In this document: one piece after another, positions 1-16,100 of the stretch | Layout: the number at the start of each line of letters is the position of its first letter | Position numbering within the stretch: position 1 is the stretch's first letter | Assembly: GCF_036588685.1 (NCBI RefSeq) | Contig: NC_086374.1 | Location: 69,626,001 to 69,690,000, forward strand | Reading direction: 5' to 3' | DNA: 64,000 nucleotides | From: Mytilus trossulus | Taxonomy: Eukaryota | Program-made: the position numbers and the translations under genes | Notes under the pieces: model-generated | Databases searched by the model: none | Told to the model about the DNA's origin: nothing | The model's input: only the letters and a program-made list of their open reading frames with translations

Positions 1-483
1 CATGTTTATGTATTTGCTGGTTAAATTATAAGAGGAAAAGAGGTTTCAATTAACCCCATCATCGTATCAGAAAAAGTCATTTGATATAAATTTGTCTGTC
101 ATGTTTTTTAAATATACGTTTTAAAAGCTTTTTGAAATTGATTATTAATGTGGGTTTAATAATGTTTGTCTCGACATTTAACTTCACCTCGTGACAAATA
201 CAAAAGCAATACACTAAAATTTATTCCTCACTTTTGTTTTTAGTAATGTTTAAACTATAAATCTATATGATCGCTGGTCTTTTTAATTGGCAGGTTAAAC
301 TCGCGGATTTAAAGTTCAGAACATTTTAATCTCTTACTGATCATAATACAACTAATGTTGCGATTGACCAGACACATTTCATTTAAACCACCCGAAGTAT
401 CTAAATACTGAAATTTGAGGATTGTTCGCTTTCTTTTGTTTTACGCCAAAAAATATGGAAATAAGACACTTGAAACAAAGAAA

Positions 484-497
484 AGTGCCTTGGCGAC
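484..497. promoter_or_regulatory. Candidate RFX X-box upstream of the ciliary TPR gene
   Basis: AGTGCCTTGGCGAC matches GTTGCCATGGCAAC at 10/14 positions, about 280 bp upstream of the ATG. Motile-cilia genes are typical RFX targets. Confidence 0.3.
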
Positions 498-772
498 ATA
501 CAGTAATAAACCACCATTTTCCTTTTAAAGTTTTTGTGAAATATTAAAACGGAATATTTATTTTTCTTTAAAAAAAGGAACGTTTTCACAGAAATCTTAC
601 GGAGACTGTTGTGTTAAAATGTTACAAAATGACGATAATTAGACATTGTAACATTACTAATTTTGTGTTTTTATCAAGGATACATCGTTAAAGTTGTGAA
701 TTATTGACATTAAGTGATAAGTATAGTGTTTTTATTTTTTCTTCATTTTTTTCTATTTTGATTCGATAAACA

Positions 773-1195
773 ATGACGGGAAAGATTCTGGGTCCCCGTT
801 CGTCGACTCCAAAGGGACCAACGTCCAGACTTCTACCACAAGTTCCAAAATTTTCAGTCAAAGAGCCACCTCTTTCAAAACAATCACGGATTCTGCCGCC
901 AGTTCCGCCTCCAAGAGACGGATCGAATGTAACAAACAAAATCCGATCACTTCCTCGGGTACCACGACCAATACAGGCGCCATTGACTGGCCAACAGGAT
1001 ACACACAACTTCGAGAAAAATCCAGCAATTCCGATTGTCCCTAAGCATCCGAGACAGCTTCCGAAGATACCTGTTGTAAAATCTAACCAAAAGCCTGATG
1101 ACAGAAGAGCTCATATGTTTGCAGTATATAAACACGATGCGGACGAATATTTACGGAAGAAGGAGTATGACAAGGCTTTAGATGCTTACACATCG
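773..1195 (+). CDS. TTC25: TTC25-like exon 1 (Pro-rich extension and start of TPR1)
   Basis: AAACAATG start; donor TCG|GTTAGT, phase 0. Confidence 0.8.
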
Positions 1196-4100
1196 GTTAG
1201 TATCAGCTACTTATCTATCAGCATATGAATATCTAAACTATTGGGTTTTTTCATCATTAAATTTAATTCATTTGTCTTTTATAAATCTGGTATAATTATG
1301 CTTACAAAATAACCTAAGTCCAACTAAGACTTTTATTCAAATATGAACATCTTTAGGTATATAAATTCGTTCTGAATAAAGTAGATATAATTCAATATGT
1401 TTTTCTGCAGTATAACTAGATCTGCCTTTTCTAAATAAATATAAAAGATAGATATCAAGTAATCTATGAATATAAATTTCAACATTTAATTTTAAACCCA
1501 TATTTTTTACACAATTAAGGTTTCAAATGTATTGATATATATATATATAATAAAGCAAAAGTGGAAGTACTTATCTATATCTGCGAATAGATAATAATTA
1601 ATGCAAAAGTGGAAGTTTTAACATGATCCTGTATGTGCCCTCTACACTGAGAGGATAGGTAATAGCTAGTCAACAATGTTATAAATTAAAGGGGGACAGT
1701 ATATACATTTCCGTATTTACCACAAAATGCCATAAAAGTAGATATAATATACTGTAAAACCATAAAATCGAAAATAAGAGATATCTGTATTCATAGTCAG
1801 ATTGTAGATAACAAACTTTTATAGCAAGTTGATATAAAATTACGTCACACTGATGTTTATGTTTGGTCAATTTGTTGTTCAGTCATGTATTGGAATCGAT
1901 TCTTGTATCTTTATTGACCACAACATTGATTTGACAAACAAACTGACTGAGAGTATTTATCACCTCTTATATAACTCAAAAGTCTTGATTTCTTATTACC
2001 AACGAGGGTATGTGAAAATAAACAAATAATTATCATTTATAATGTTAATTGAATGGTATATGGGAAGGTAATGAAATCGAAAGGAAATACCAGTGGCGGA
2101 TCCAGGACTTTTCCTAAGGGGGGGGGGGGGTGGGGGGGGGGCTGACTGACCTAAAGGGGGGGGGGGGCTCTCCAGTCATGCTTCAGTGATTCTCTATAAA
2201 AATCAACTATTTTTTCCCAAGAACGGGTGGGTGGGGCTGGACCTCCAGGCCCCCCTGGATCCGCCTATGAATACATTCCAGTTGCGAAGTAAGATAAGGA
2301 AGATATTGGCAGTAAAATGGAGTTTAAAACTAACATAAGAACAGAAATCAGCAACTGTATTAAAAGACGGCAATTAAGGGGTCTGTATTAGACCAAGGAA
2401 ACCCCAAAATATCAAGACACGATTAATTAACGATAGTTTTCACTAAAAAGTAAAGCCTCGCTCTGCTCGAACTATTAATGAATAGTTGTATCACTAGATG
2501 GCTTGACATGTTTTTTTCCCTCTCTAACGGTTAAAGACGTGTTAACACTAAATCCTATGGATGTGGACATAATGATTGATATTTTAGTCAAAGAAACATG
2601 ATGTTGTTTATAACTAGTAGTTGTTATTGGCTTTTAAGTAGCTATCAGTAACTGCAAGTACTCTCAGACTGACTGTAATTTGTGTGTTTGGTATTTTTGT
2701 AAATATGTTTGGGAACTTTGTGTCGACCTGATGTGTTGAGATTTTTTCAACTGATTTTTATCATTGTACAAAGAACCCTTTCGATTTGTTTTCTTATTTC
2801 AATTAGTTACATTTGAATGTTCGTTGTTTATATAAGCATGATGCTTATCCTGATAGCTTGCTAATTTTCATATTGAACTTGACGTTTTGTGCAAGAAGCT
2901 GAGCGAGTGACAAGCAAAAAATAAAAATATCTATAACAGCATGAATATATTTGTATTTAATTTGCAACTTAGGCGGTTGATGATCTCCCTTTTTAACTTC
3001 ATCTTAAGTAAATTTTATCAATTTCTTTAGTATTTAACTTATTTTCCTACTTCTTACGTATTCTAGCAATGATCTCCACATTTGACAAAACTACTCATCT
3101 TATGTAAAATAAAAAAAGGATGGCGTTCATTCCCCAAGCGCCTGCTATTTACTAACGTATTGAGTCGTAGATATATGTTCGCCATTAAAACAATGTAGAT
3201 GAAAACGCTGACGCTTGTGTGTTCTTTAACCGAGATTTACTTAAATCGCAAATCTAAAAATTTTAATGTAAATACAATTGATTCTATTGACATTCCAAAT
3301 GCAAATATTCTGATACGTTTTTAAACCTCTATTTCTATAAAACTAATAGGAATTCCTACTTGATGAAGTGCCTATACTTATTATTATATTGTTTGTCCAA
3401 ACAATCATAGTTCTTGTTTATCGATTTAATTTTATCACTTGTTTAAATAATTATTGTATAGAATAATTAAAAGTTGTGAAAAATAATTAACAGTTTGTAG
3501 ATTACGTGTATATTGTTTATCATAGAATTACTTTGTTACGTAAACCTTCGTATTTCTGTAAGTAATTCAAAGACATTTTATTCCTTAGTTAAACACAATT
3601 TTGTAAGATATATATTGAAAGAAAATATTTACAAAATACGTTAATTTTAGACAATTCGAAAGTGAATTTTGGTTATTTTTAGTCTACTTTATCATGTATA
3701 CGTATGGTTGATGTTGCTCACTTCATTCGTCAATATTATCGCCTAGGTCACGTCTCGTAAAAGCGTGTTCGCCTGAAGTGCGGAGTTCCGTTGTGTTGAC
3801 CCTCGACCAGATCAAACTAATGTAATTTAAAATTTTATTTGACGTATCTCCGTTTAGCAAGCGGCGTTCATTAGAAAGAGTAAAAAAGGGGCGAAAGATA
3901 CCAGAGTGACATTTAATCTCAAAGAAAGAAAATTAACTGACACTGCCATAGCTAAAACTTGAATAGAAGAAGACAGACAAGAGTACACAAGAGACAACAT
4001 AAAAAAATAAATACTAAGCAACTTGAACACCACCAAAAACTTGGGGTTATCTCAGGTTATCCTGCTCCAAATAAAGATCGACGTAGCATTGACGAGTCAA

Positions 4101-7100
4101 AATAAAAGGTTCGGGTAGGATAACATGTCTACATGCCGAATACAACCTTGTGTCTATATCATGTTAAAAAAATCCGGCTCAACGTGTCGGTCTATTTCAA
4201 ACTACAGTTAATTTCCATATAACATAAACATATTTTCATCCTTATGTTTATTTAATTTGCCACTGGACGTCAAAGTCATCTATCATGTAAGGTCAACACA
4301 CTAAAAACTCAAATATTCGTTGTTTTTAGATAAATAGTGAAATTGTATCGAGTTCAATTTCGATTCATAACTTGAAAAGTGTATTTGTACTCATTTATCT
4401 AGCTATTTATTGGAATACCCATTTGTTTGTTTAATTTACTGGACACGAATATTTTAAATCTATATTAAATTATTGATAACACGAATGTATGACATTCTTC
4501 TAGTTCATGTACAAACGGATTATTCACAATTTTTATAAATATCTCTATATTGCCAAAATCTTTCATTCAAATCTGTTCAAATCTGTTAATGAATTAGAAA
4601 TTTTTACCACGCCCTTAATATTGAAAGTAAAATACCAAAAATACCGAAAGGTTTTTTTTTTATCGAAGCTTCTCTAGAGACTTTGATTTTGTTGAAAAAG
4701 GAATACTGCTTTCTCAAAAGTTGCTAAGACAGGGCTATGCATCAATCAAATCAAGGTCATCACTCAAGAAATTATAAGGTCGCCATCATGAACTGATTGG
4801 CCATTATGACAAAAGTGTGTCAGAAATCATATCTGATATTCTTTCTCAGTCATAATAACCTTCCATCATTACCAAACTGAACAAAGAAATAAAACGACGG
4901 GTGCCGTATACGGTACAGGAAATGCTTACCCTTCCGGAGCACCTTTTTTTCACTCAGTTTTTAGTGGCGTTCGTGTTGTTTCTTAATTATTATCTATAAC
5001 TGTTGATGTAAATATTATTTGGTTTTGTAAGTCTTTTTGTTTACTTCTTGGTTTTAATTGTTATTGTCTCTTGTGTTCACCAGAAAACATTAATTGAGCA
5101 TTATTGAGTAATTTACTTATTGAATGGTGTCTCTTGGACATTTAGAAATGAATATATTTGCTATTTGACCGTCTGAATTAAGAAGGCTTTAAATATTAGT
5201 CACTGGAAGTAAACTGTATTTTGGCAATGTCGACTATTTTTATAGGTATTGCGTTCAATTACTGATCTATAATTTTTTTTTCGGTCTTTGTTATATAATA
5301 TACATTTTCACTTTACTTTTTTTTAAGTGTCGTTACATTTTATTTATTTCAAAGCATCTATCCTCTCTTTAGTTAGGGTGAAAATCAATCTCATATAGTT
5401 TATGTCAGACTGAGAAATGGATACGTTGTATATATATATATATATATATATCATTTAAGCAAATGTGTCAAAGATAAAATGAATAAAAGTGAAAAATTAT
5501 CATAACTTTCAGGTAAAGGAGAAAATCCAATATAATAAAGAATCAGTACCAAGACAACCGCGCAATTGTTCTCATTAACATATATCCCCAAGTACAGTCA
5601 GTTAAGATCGAAAACTGAGATTTTATAGAAATCCTTTTGTAATAAAAACAAACAAAAACAGTTGCTTATTAACTTTTCATCGAAAAATTGTTTGCAAGTT
5701 TATTGTTTAGTGCATAATGATGAGTACCATGTGCAAAGTTCAGATTGTGTTTTTGCCCGAAGTTGTGGAAAATACACCCCCTCTATTGAATATCAATCTC
5801 GTTTGTCGATAGCCAAAGACAGTAAGATAGGCTGCTGTTATTAGTGTTTTAGGGACATAAAAAAAAAGATGTGGTATGATAGCCAATGAAACAACTGTCC
5901 ACAAGAGACCAAATTGACACAGACATTAACAATTTACTATATGTCACCGTACTACCCCAATTTAAGCATACTTTCATCTTTAAAAGACCTAATGGTGAAA
6001 GTTAAGGGGTCGAATAATAGTTATGAGTTCGTATTTGAGTTGAGTCGAGCTGAAAAGCAAATTTCTTCTCCATGATTTTATATCTCGGAAGATAACTCGA
6101 CTCTGTTATCAATACTTCAAGATCGACGGTATGGAGTATATAGATGATATTTTCAAGTCTAAGAGCGATCTTATTGCACACACTTTAAGAATTTCATTAA
6201 CGGTACAACGACGTATAATGAGAGGTCAAAATATAAAAAAAACGACCCGTTCCAAATTTTGTCGTTTTGCCAAGGTACGCAATACATTCACGAAAACAAC
6301 CCAAATCAGATAAAAATGACAGCTTTGCAAATTTGACATAGCTTTAATCGTTTTTCAATAGATGTGCATACAAGCGAAAATATCATAGGAATTCGTCAAT
6401 AAAAAAAACTTCACCGCTTTATTAAAACAATAAGAATGAAATCTAGCACTATTCATATACTATCATAATGTTTCAAGTGGGTTATGAATATATCACAGCG
6501 CCGAATCCGTAAACTTAAGAATTTAACAGAAAATGGTTAAAACAGTTGCACAACTTTTTAGGAGAAATACCTATATTGATATGACAAATCGAGGATCTCT
6601 AGTGGCAAACTAAATGACCCTTTTATTGAGACTCATTAAAAAAATAACCAAATTGAAATGATACAACGCAGAACTTCTTGCTACACATATAATATATTCC
6701 GTAATACAAACACTGTCTTCAAACGATTCGCGTACACACTGAACTCCTGGTTTTCTACAAAATATTATACACCAACAAATACCAAATAACCCATAAGATA
6801 CTCTCATAACGTCAGGCAGAGGAAAAAGAAATATACATATATATAAAATTGAGAATGGAAATGGGGAATTTATCAAAGAGACAACAACCCGACCATAGAA
6901 AAAAATGTATGTATACTTACCATTATAAGCTACCTAAAACCAATAAGAACTCTTATACAGTGTACATTTTTTCCCCCTATTATCTACAAATTATAGCACT
7001 TTCGAAAATGCTACCAAGAATAGCAGCTCTTTGTATAACCGTTTACATCTTCACAGAACAGATTTCTATATCTGATCTTTCAAAATAATATAAAATAGCT

Positions 7101-10100
7101 TAACTAGTATATAGTTTTTTTCAAGCAATATACAAAGCAACATTATAAAACAAAAAAAACTCTGTAATACATAGTTTTCTTCCCTCCTAGTATCACTCAC
7201 AAATGAAATATTAACTCCATATTCTTATAATGACTGGAAATATGTTTATGTTGAAATTGGAAGACCAATGAGACAACTCTCCACCAGAGACCAAAATGAC
7301 ATAAAGTCAACACCATAGGTCACTGCATTAAAGATTCGCAATGCAACTATTTTGAGGAAATAGTGATTCATAAACATTAAATATATATAATCATTTCATG
7401 GCAACTCATTTCTGATGTCCTCGACCCTTCATTTGGGATAAGAATAGAATTGCATATGCAGATTCAATAAACTCCATATATGTGTATGTAAAAAAACGAG
7501 GATCATTCAATAATTTATATTTATTGCAGGCTTTGAAATTAGTTCCTGATGAAATGTCAACACTGGTAGCTAAGTCCAGATGTCATCAACTGATGGGCAA
7601 ACGAAAGAAAGCGATGCAAGATGTCGAAACAGCACTAAGTTTAGGACCACTGTTCCACGAGGTATTTATATGTTGCTCATAATATTTATGTTGTGTTGTT
7701 ATTCTTTAAATTCCTTACAGTTATAGCCCTTTTTTGTGTGATAAATTTTAGGGTTACAAATATACATCAACTTACAAACCGAATTACAACAGTAGCAGTG
7801 TCTATATAGCTAGACTGAATAACAAAAGTGACAATGATTTTTTAATAACAAAAGTGACAAAGTCTTTACTGAATAACAAAAGTGACAATGTCTTTACTGA
7901 ATAACAAAAGTGACAATGTCTTTACTGAATAACAAAGGTGACAATGTTTTTACTAAATAACAAAAGTGACAATGTTTTTATTAAATAACAAAAGTGACAA
8001 TGCCTTTACTGAATAACAAAAGTGACAATGTCTTTACTGAATAACAAAGGTGACAATGTTTTTACTGAATAACAAAGGTGACAATGTTTTTACTGAATAA
8101 CAAAGGTGACAATGTTTTTACTAAATATAAAAAGTGACAATGTCTTTACTGAATAACAAAAGGGACAATGTCTTTACTGAATATGAAAAGTGATAATGTT
8201 TTTACTGAATAACAAAAGTGACAATGTCTTTACTGAATAACAAAAGTGACAATGTCTTTACTGAATAACAAAAGTGACAATGTTTTATTGAATAATAAAA
8301 GTGATAATGTTTTTACTGAATAACAAAAGTGACAATGTCTTTACTGAATAACAAAAGTGACAATGTTTTATTGAATAATAAAAGTGATAATGTTTTTACT
8401 GAATAACAAAAGTGACAATGTCTTTACTGAATAACAAAAGTGACAATGTTTTATTGAATAATAAAAGTGATAATGTCTTTACTGAATAACAAAAGTGACA
8501 ATGTCTTTACTGAATATGAAAAGTGACAATGTTTTTACCGAATAACAAAAGTGACAATGTTTTTATTGAATAACAAAAGAGACAATGTTTTTATTGAATA
8601 ACAAAAGTGACAATGTCTTTACACTGAATATGAAAAGTGATAGTGTCTAGACTGAAAAACAAAAGTGACAATGTCTTTACTGAATAACAAAAGGTGACAG
8701 TGACTAGACTTAATAACAAATGTGACAGTGACTAAACTGAATAACAAATATGACAGTGACTAGACTGAATAACAAAAGTGACAGTGTCAAAACTGAATAA
8801 CAAAAGTGACAATGTCTTTACTGAATATGAAAAGTGACAATGTTTTTACCGAATAACAAAAGTGACAATGTTTTTATTGAATAACAAAAGAGACAATGTT
8901 TTTATTGAATAACAAAAGTGACAATGTCTTTACACTGAATATGAAAAGTGATAGTGTCTAGACTGAAAAACAAAAGTGACAATGTCTTTACTGAATAACA
9001 AAAGGTGACAGTGACTAGACTTAATAACAAATGTGACAGTGACTAGAAAGAAATATCAAAGGTGACAGTGACTAGACTGAATAACAAATGTGACAGTGAC
9101 TAAACTGAATAACAAATATGACAGTGACTAGACTGAATAACAAAAGTGACAGTGTCAAAACTGAATAACATAAGTGAGAAAGTCACAGTGTCTGTCATTT
9201 GTTTGTCTTAAAACTTGATTTCTTGGTTATTACATTTTTTCTTAATTTAAAACCTAGCATATCTAAATTGAATTATGAAACTAAGTTTAAAATCTTTATC
9301 CTGTAATACTAATTATAATAGTTGGTTTGAACTATAGTGCAAACTGACAAATATCAAACTTATGATTACAGTTGGTACCCTACAAAGTTTTAGTTTTATG
9401 TTATTTTTTGTTTCTATGCTAGAAGTTTTGACGGAGCTATTCATTGTTCTTATAAGATAAGATAAGATAAGATAGTTTTATCGTAACTATTTTTGACAAT
9501 TTTTGTCTAGCAACAGAAATGATGCCACAGTAGTTTTTAGTCTCCAATTCATTTTTTTTATAAATGAAAAATAGATGAATAAATGTTTACTTTTGAACGA
9601 AATTTTAATTTCATATATTTATTCATGATATGTATAAGCTGCAGTTTCGACTTGATGCAAAAAATGCATCATTGTTTCATATATTTGACATATGTAAGCT
9701 GTATTTCTGGCTGTTATACAAAATGTTGTGTTTTATTGCCATTAGGACTAAAGTCATTAGTCATGCGATAAACAGTAACGTCTTTTGTTGATTTTAAAAG
9801 GATTAAACTGCAACAGTTAAATGATTGGATTATGTTTGTTGTATATTTCATTGTAATGTTATTTGGTTGTTTGTTTAATCAAACTAAAGTGTTATATATG
9901 CTAATCCTAATGAGATTAAAAAACATTGCATATTGCTTTACGGAACTACTCTGTAACAATTAAGCAAGTTCAGTACCCTTATGTCTTTTTGTTTGTGCCC
10001 CAAAAATATAATAAACATTGGCATGTTGTATGTTTTTGATTATAAGAGCATGAAAGTTATATATTTTGGATTATAACGGCTTTGGATTACATATGTATTA

Positions 10101-13100
10101 TTTATTATAAGCCATGTTTCGTTGTGAAAATAAATCAACATCGTTGCTTAATAACAAACCCTTTGGCGGAAATACGCAAAACAAATGCATACTTTAGGTA
10201 ATCAGTGCATATAGTATTGTAATCATAATCCCTAAGCTCATAACAACCAACATCATACTATGATTCCATTAACTCATATCTATAAATAAAAACGGAAAAA
10301 GATAACGTCACATGTTAAACTAAATATAAAGAGGCTTTAAAAGAGCCATAAAAGGTCACTCTTATAAAAGAAACGAGTTTTTTGTTGTGCAACACCAATA
10401 CTCGTAGTATATGCATTAAAGGGCATGCGCACAGCGTCGTTCGGGTTTAATGTAAAACTGAATGTATGATAAATGTTGTACCCTATAATTCGAAAATAAA
10501 AAAGTATTACAAAATTATAAAATAATATTCCAAACATGTTAATTTGTCAGATAGCAAATTGATATTTTGGATTAAAACATAAAAAGGTGATATTAAGATC
10601 ACAGAAAATAGCACAAAGTACGAAAGACAATACAAGGAACCATTACCCGACTGTCACTCTCCTAAAAACCGTGACATCATCAAAGACAAAACAACGACGA
10701 AAACACATGCTTCAGATAGTCTTGGTATAGACTCAAATAAATTAAACCACTGTAACGTACTCACTACACACACCTCATCTGGTCCCCTTCTATACCACAG
10801 AAAACACATGTACAAAAAAGAAACCCAAAACAATGCAACTACGAACAGGATGATCACCAATGTTGACAAGAAAAAAGCATGCTGAGGTCATTTCAGCTGT
10901 TTTCGAGAAAAAATAGTACTCATAGTTTGCTTTTCAATGTTCACACACGATGTGAACAGATTTATCAAATGCTACTCAAGATAGTGCATTATATTAGTTT
11001 ATCAAACAATTTTCAATAATATATAATTACATTAGATGTATGTTTCATTATTATACGTTATTCTGATTGGCTAACTGCACATCGCATGTTATTCCGTAAG
11101 CAATTGCATTAGACAATAAAATTTATCATTCATGATGACACGAGGTCCCACAATAAAGTGCACAGGTGAATTAAATAAAACTTGATAAAAATCGTGTTTT
11201 CATGACCCTAGCTGAAAAATGTAATTATAAGTATTGAATGCTTCTTTTTGTAACTTTATAGGGTTGTAAAAGCGTTGACCGTGCGTACATTTTTGGAATG
11301 AAGCGCTTACGCGCATCATAGAAAATGTACTTCGGTCAACGTTTTTACACCCCAATAAAGTTACAAAAAGAAGCATTCAATTCTTAAATAAAATCTTTGG
11401 AATATCTTGAATCGTGCAACAGGAGAAAAAATAAAATTATGAATAGGGGAAATCTGTTAAATAGCAATATCTAGATAACAAATTATTTCTAATTGCAGGC
11501 ACTATTCCAGAAAGCAGAATTACTCTTCATTGACGGGGAGTATGATACGGCATTGGTCTATTATAATAAAGGAAATAAACAAAGACCAGATATCCAAGCA
11601 TTCCAAGATGGTATCTTTAAAAGTCAAGACGCATTAAACAAGCATGGTTCCGGTACGTTTATTCATATCCATATTGGCCATCATTTGGTTCTTTGATTTG
11701 CTATGCTAAGTATGATTTTTCCCAAGATATGCAATTCCGTGTTATTGTTCAAAAAGTTTAAAAGAAAATAAATTCAGAAGGGCAAAAAACACATTGTTAC
11801 ACAATATTGTTCATGTAAGTAATGAAACTTTCACTCAAAGGCGTGTTTTAGTGTGGTTGTTTATATCATATGTATCTTCTCATTTACAGCAAAAACAAAG
11901 AAGAAATCGAATGTGCCAACAGAAAGTCATGGAAACCCAACAAAAAGGGTAAATCTTTTAGCATTATACAACATAAACCGTTGACACATTTTCATCCAGA
12001 ATATACATAAAACCAATTGTTGTCCATTTTATTTTTTTAAATAATTAATCAATTCACAACTTTACTCTATCCTGTAGTCGTTCATCCTGATTATGCATGA
12101 AATATTTGCCACTGGATGTTAAGCAACCAAAAATCGATTAATCATGAAAACGATATTTTTTTTATTTATTATTATTGCAAATATGTTAATATACGTAGCA
12201 TGCACTATGTTCTTTACCATTGTTTATACATCCAAGCTGCACATATTTAATATCATAAATTCTCTCATCATCTATTTACGGAAAACCCTAAACTTACTCA
12301 TTTGAACTCTATTTTTTTTTTACTAAATCCGTACGTCGATCGAAATATATTGTTTTAAAAAAGTTTATTATTTTATGCCAGTGATTCTTTTTTTTGCTAA
12401 TAGAAAAGAGACGTCCAATCTCAGTTGAAGAAGAAGATTAACACATCGAAAGAGAGTACAGTTCCATCCAGGAATATGGGAACACCAACGACTCGTAATG
12501 TCAGGAACAATACTTATACAAGTAATACCCCAGAGAGCAAAAATTCAACGCCTAGAAATGTTCCAACTCCAAGCTTTCGACATCGTCAGGCTCAGGCTAA
12601 TCCATTGCTAAGAATGGAACATCTAAAAGGATCTATGGAATCTCTCTCTAAACCTTCTGTAGCTTCCGGTTCCGAAAAGGAAATGAATGAAGGGGAGATT
12701 ACAGAACGAAGAATGAAACAATTGTTGGGTAGAATGTATAATGACAAACAATATTTAGAAAGACTTGTCGAACAGGCTGGTAAGTAATAATATATTTGTA
12801 TTTCAGAATTTAATGTTGATTTTTGTCATTTTATCGTTTACCAAAGCTCAACTGGACAAACGCGATAAAAATTTAAAAAGTTTTCTACACTCATTGTACA
12901 AGAAAAGTTTTGTTGGCATGAGCGAAAGGAAATACTCACTTATATGGTTTCGCTAGCTTTAAAACCAGGTGTGCCCTAGCACTTTCTTCGGAATTTTTTT
13001 ATAACATGTGAGGAATATGGCAGTAGTTTTTCCAGTGTTCAAATGCATGCATATGACAAACTGACAACGCCATGTTGCATTATTACGTCAACACGAGAAG

Positions 13101-16100
13101 ACGATGATATTTTTGCCGATTTAACTTTATTCTTAGCAATTTTCTGATACCAGGTAGTATCGTGGAACACGCTATCTGATAGTTGAATATTTTGCATATA
13201 TATATGATACATGTACAATAATAGAAGAATTTAACCATATGCTTTTCTTTTACAATGTCCTTAATGTTTGTAGGCGAACTCCCTTCTGGATCAATCAGTT
13301 TGTCAAACATGGCAGAAAATGGTTTGAATTTCCTCTATGACCGCGTTCTTTATTGGGTTCGCCAAGGTCGTATATTACCACCAGAAGCCCCGATTTTACC
13401 ACCACCACCTCAACCAAAACCTTCCAAACTACTGGATAAAAGGACATCACCACGATCAGATACAAGCAGTGGTTCTAGACCTAGTGTTGATGCAAAATCA
13501 TCAAAGTCAGACACACGAAAGTCGGAAGTAGGTGTTAAACAACCTGCTTCGTGGTTCAGATATCTGGAACAAAAGAAAGTTGCTAAAGTTTCTAATAGGA
13601 AGACAAATAACCAGGGTAGGTTTCTTACTGTGTTAGAAGGACAGAAAATGGAGTTGATAGAAAACAATGAGAACAAAAAATCTCTCAGTCCATTAAGACC
13701 TACGCCACCAAAAACCGAAAAGCCGTCCTTGAAACGAGGAAGAAAACGAAAAGGTGCACGGTCAAGTGATAAAGAGAATTCCGATACGGATTCAGGATTA
13801 AATATAAGTTTTACAACATACAGAGGGAATAGTGACTATGGTGAAAATCACATGTCTTTTGAAGACATCGAACCAATCAAAGAGGAATCACCATCTCCAA
13901 GGAAAATGTCATCTAAAAGGCTTGTGAAATACATGAAGAAAGACAAGAAAGAAAAGCAGGCACAACGTCGGCAACAGATGATACATTTCGTCAATAAGGA
14001 AATTGAAGACATTGAAATAGGTAAGTTAAATGAAATCTAAATGCCATGGTATGTTTAAGATTGGAATAATGATTATTTTCAATAAACAAACAATGGAATT
14101 GAAATCAGTAAAACTCAGCGATCATAAAGGTACCAGACTTAAGCTTATAAATTGTTACAGCGTCCTTGACGCGCGTTTTGTCTAAATAACATTTATCAGT
14201 GACACTCATTTTAAGATGATTGGAAGACCAAATCAAATACGAAGTTCCGAAGCACCTGAGATCGCCCCCAGTTTTTGGTGTGGTTCGTGTGGCTTATTCT
14301 GTAGTTTTATATATGTTGTGTCATTTGTACTATTGTTTGTCTGTTTGTACTTTTCATTTTTAGCAATGGCGTTGTCAGTTTATTTTCGATTTATGAGTTT
14401 GGTTTGACTGTCCCTCTGGTATCTATCGTCCCTCTTTTGGAAAACATTGAAAACAAAAATATCATAAAATTGCGCCAAATATGTCTAAGGCAGTTATGCT
14501 TGTTATAGTTACCCTTTGCGTTTCGAATCGAATGATTCATTACGTTCATCAACAGAACATTAAAATAGAAAGAGAAAGCTTGTTAAACGTACTGAGATGA
14601 ATATGAAGGAATATCGATGTGTATTTATATAATTCGCATAATTTTGCATAATCTATACTACTAATGAAAGAGACCGATTTCATTCAGCCGCAACTGTTCT
14701 GAAACCATACAAAGCCGGAAATATTTGTAATATGACGTATGTACATGTATGTAGTGTTTTGTACTGTCGTTGAAACAATTCTTTTTCACAGAAAACGCCG
14801 ATTTGCGAGATGGTATCTCAATTCGGTGACCATTATCGGTTTTGGTCATATACACTTTCGCGAAAGCTCACTCCGCGAAATTTAAACACTTGCCCAATAG
14901 TACCGCAATTTTGCGGGCATCTTATGTATTCAAAATTCTTTCGTTAAAGCTGTTAGTAAAATTAAAATGTGTATTATAAATCAAATATTATTAAAAATTT
15001 ACAAAATACAAAAAATGTCTTTTATAGCATATGTAGATGCCAGATACATAGACTGTTCTCAAAGAGCTGAAGCATGTTTACAGACCATTACAACCTTTGA
15101 TGGTGAAGCACTTCCGAATGTCATGTCAATGATTGGTAAACTCCATAGCTACATCGGAAATTCAGCAATCGAAAACAAAGAATTTGAAATGGCCTTACGT
15201 CATCACGAACGTGATTTACAAATTGGTGAAGACAGGTGTGTATTTCAAGCAGATTCAATCTCATTTGATATCTTATAATATGTTTGTGAAATATTCACTG
15301 ATACATAGAGGATTTTTTTTTTATATTTGAACAAAATCACATTTTACATTTCCTTCTTGATAGATATGGACGAGACAAATTAAAACCGTAACAAAACAGA
15401 GTTACCGACGTACAAATATGACAGAAGTCAATAAAAAATGAAACATTTTAAATTCCTTAACATCGGATTCTATCAAAACTACGAGTAATTATTTGAAAAA
15501 ACCCACTCAATCCACAACTCCAAGACATATAAGATTGATAAGGTCGTAGTTGTATGAAACAAAAGTATCAAAATTTCGAACTGAAGCCAACATCATCTGG
15601 GGCAAGCGTGCTTGGGAGTTAAAATCTACTTTTAAAATAAAACATTACCCATTTAGCATAATGTATATGTGTGTTCAATGACCTCTTTGTAAATTGGAAC
15701 CTCAAACAAAAAGTAGAATAGCAAATTAACAAAAACCGTAGAGACAACATAAACAGAAGAAGGAAACCTTTGATTGTACAAAAATAACACATTATTTCAA
15801 TCTCAGAATACCTCTTCTATTATGTTCATTATCTTCGAAAAAATTTGAAAAAAATTATCTTATAAACATGTTTCATGCCCAAAAGCATCAAAAGTTTTGA
15901 CATTATGAAAACATGTTTTATGTCAATATAATTCAAGTACTGCAGTACTGAGAACTGTGTGGGTTATACTTTCATAGGCCTGCAACATTCAAGCAAAAGA
16001 AATAAAACCAATCACACCATACGTACTAATTCAGAAAAATTAGTTTGATTTACCTGGTAATAATGTTATGTCTATTTGTTCCAGTGACGACACAGAAATG

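Noticed and set aside
7812-9190. 28-bp repeat array as a possible CRISPR
   Set aside because: Units are contiguous with no unique spacers, the array is in a eukaryotic intron, and there are no cas genes.
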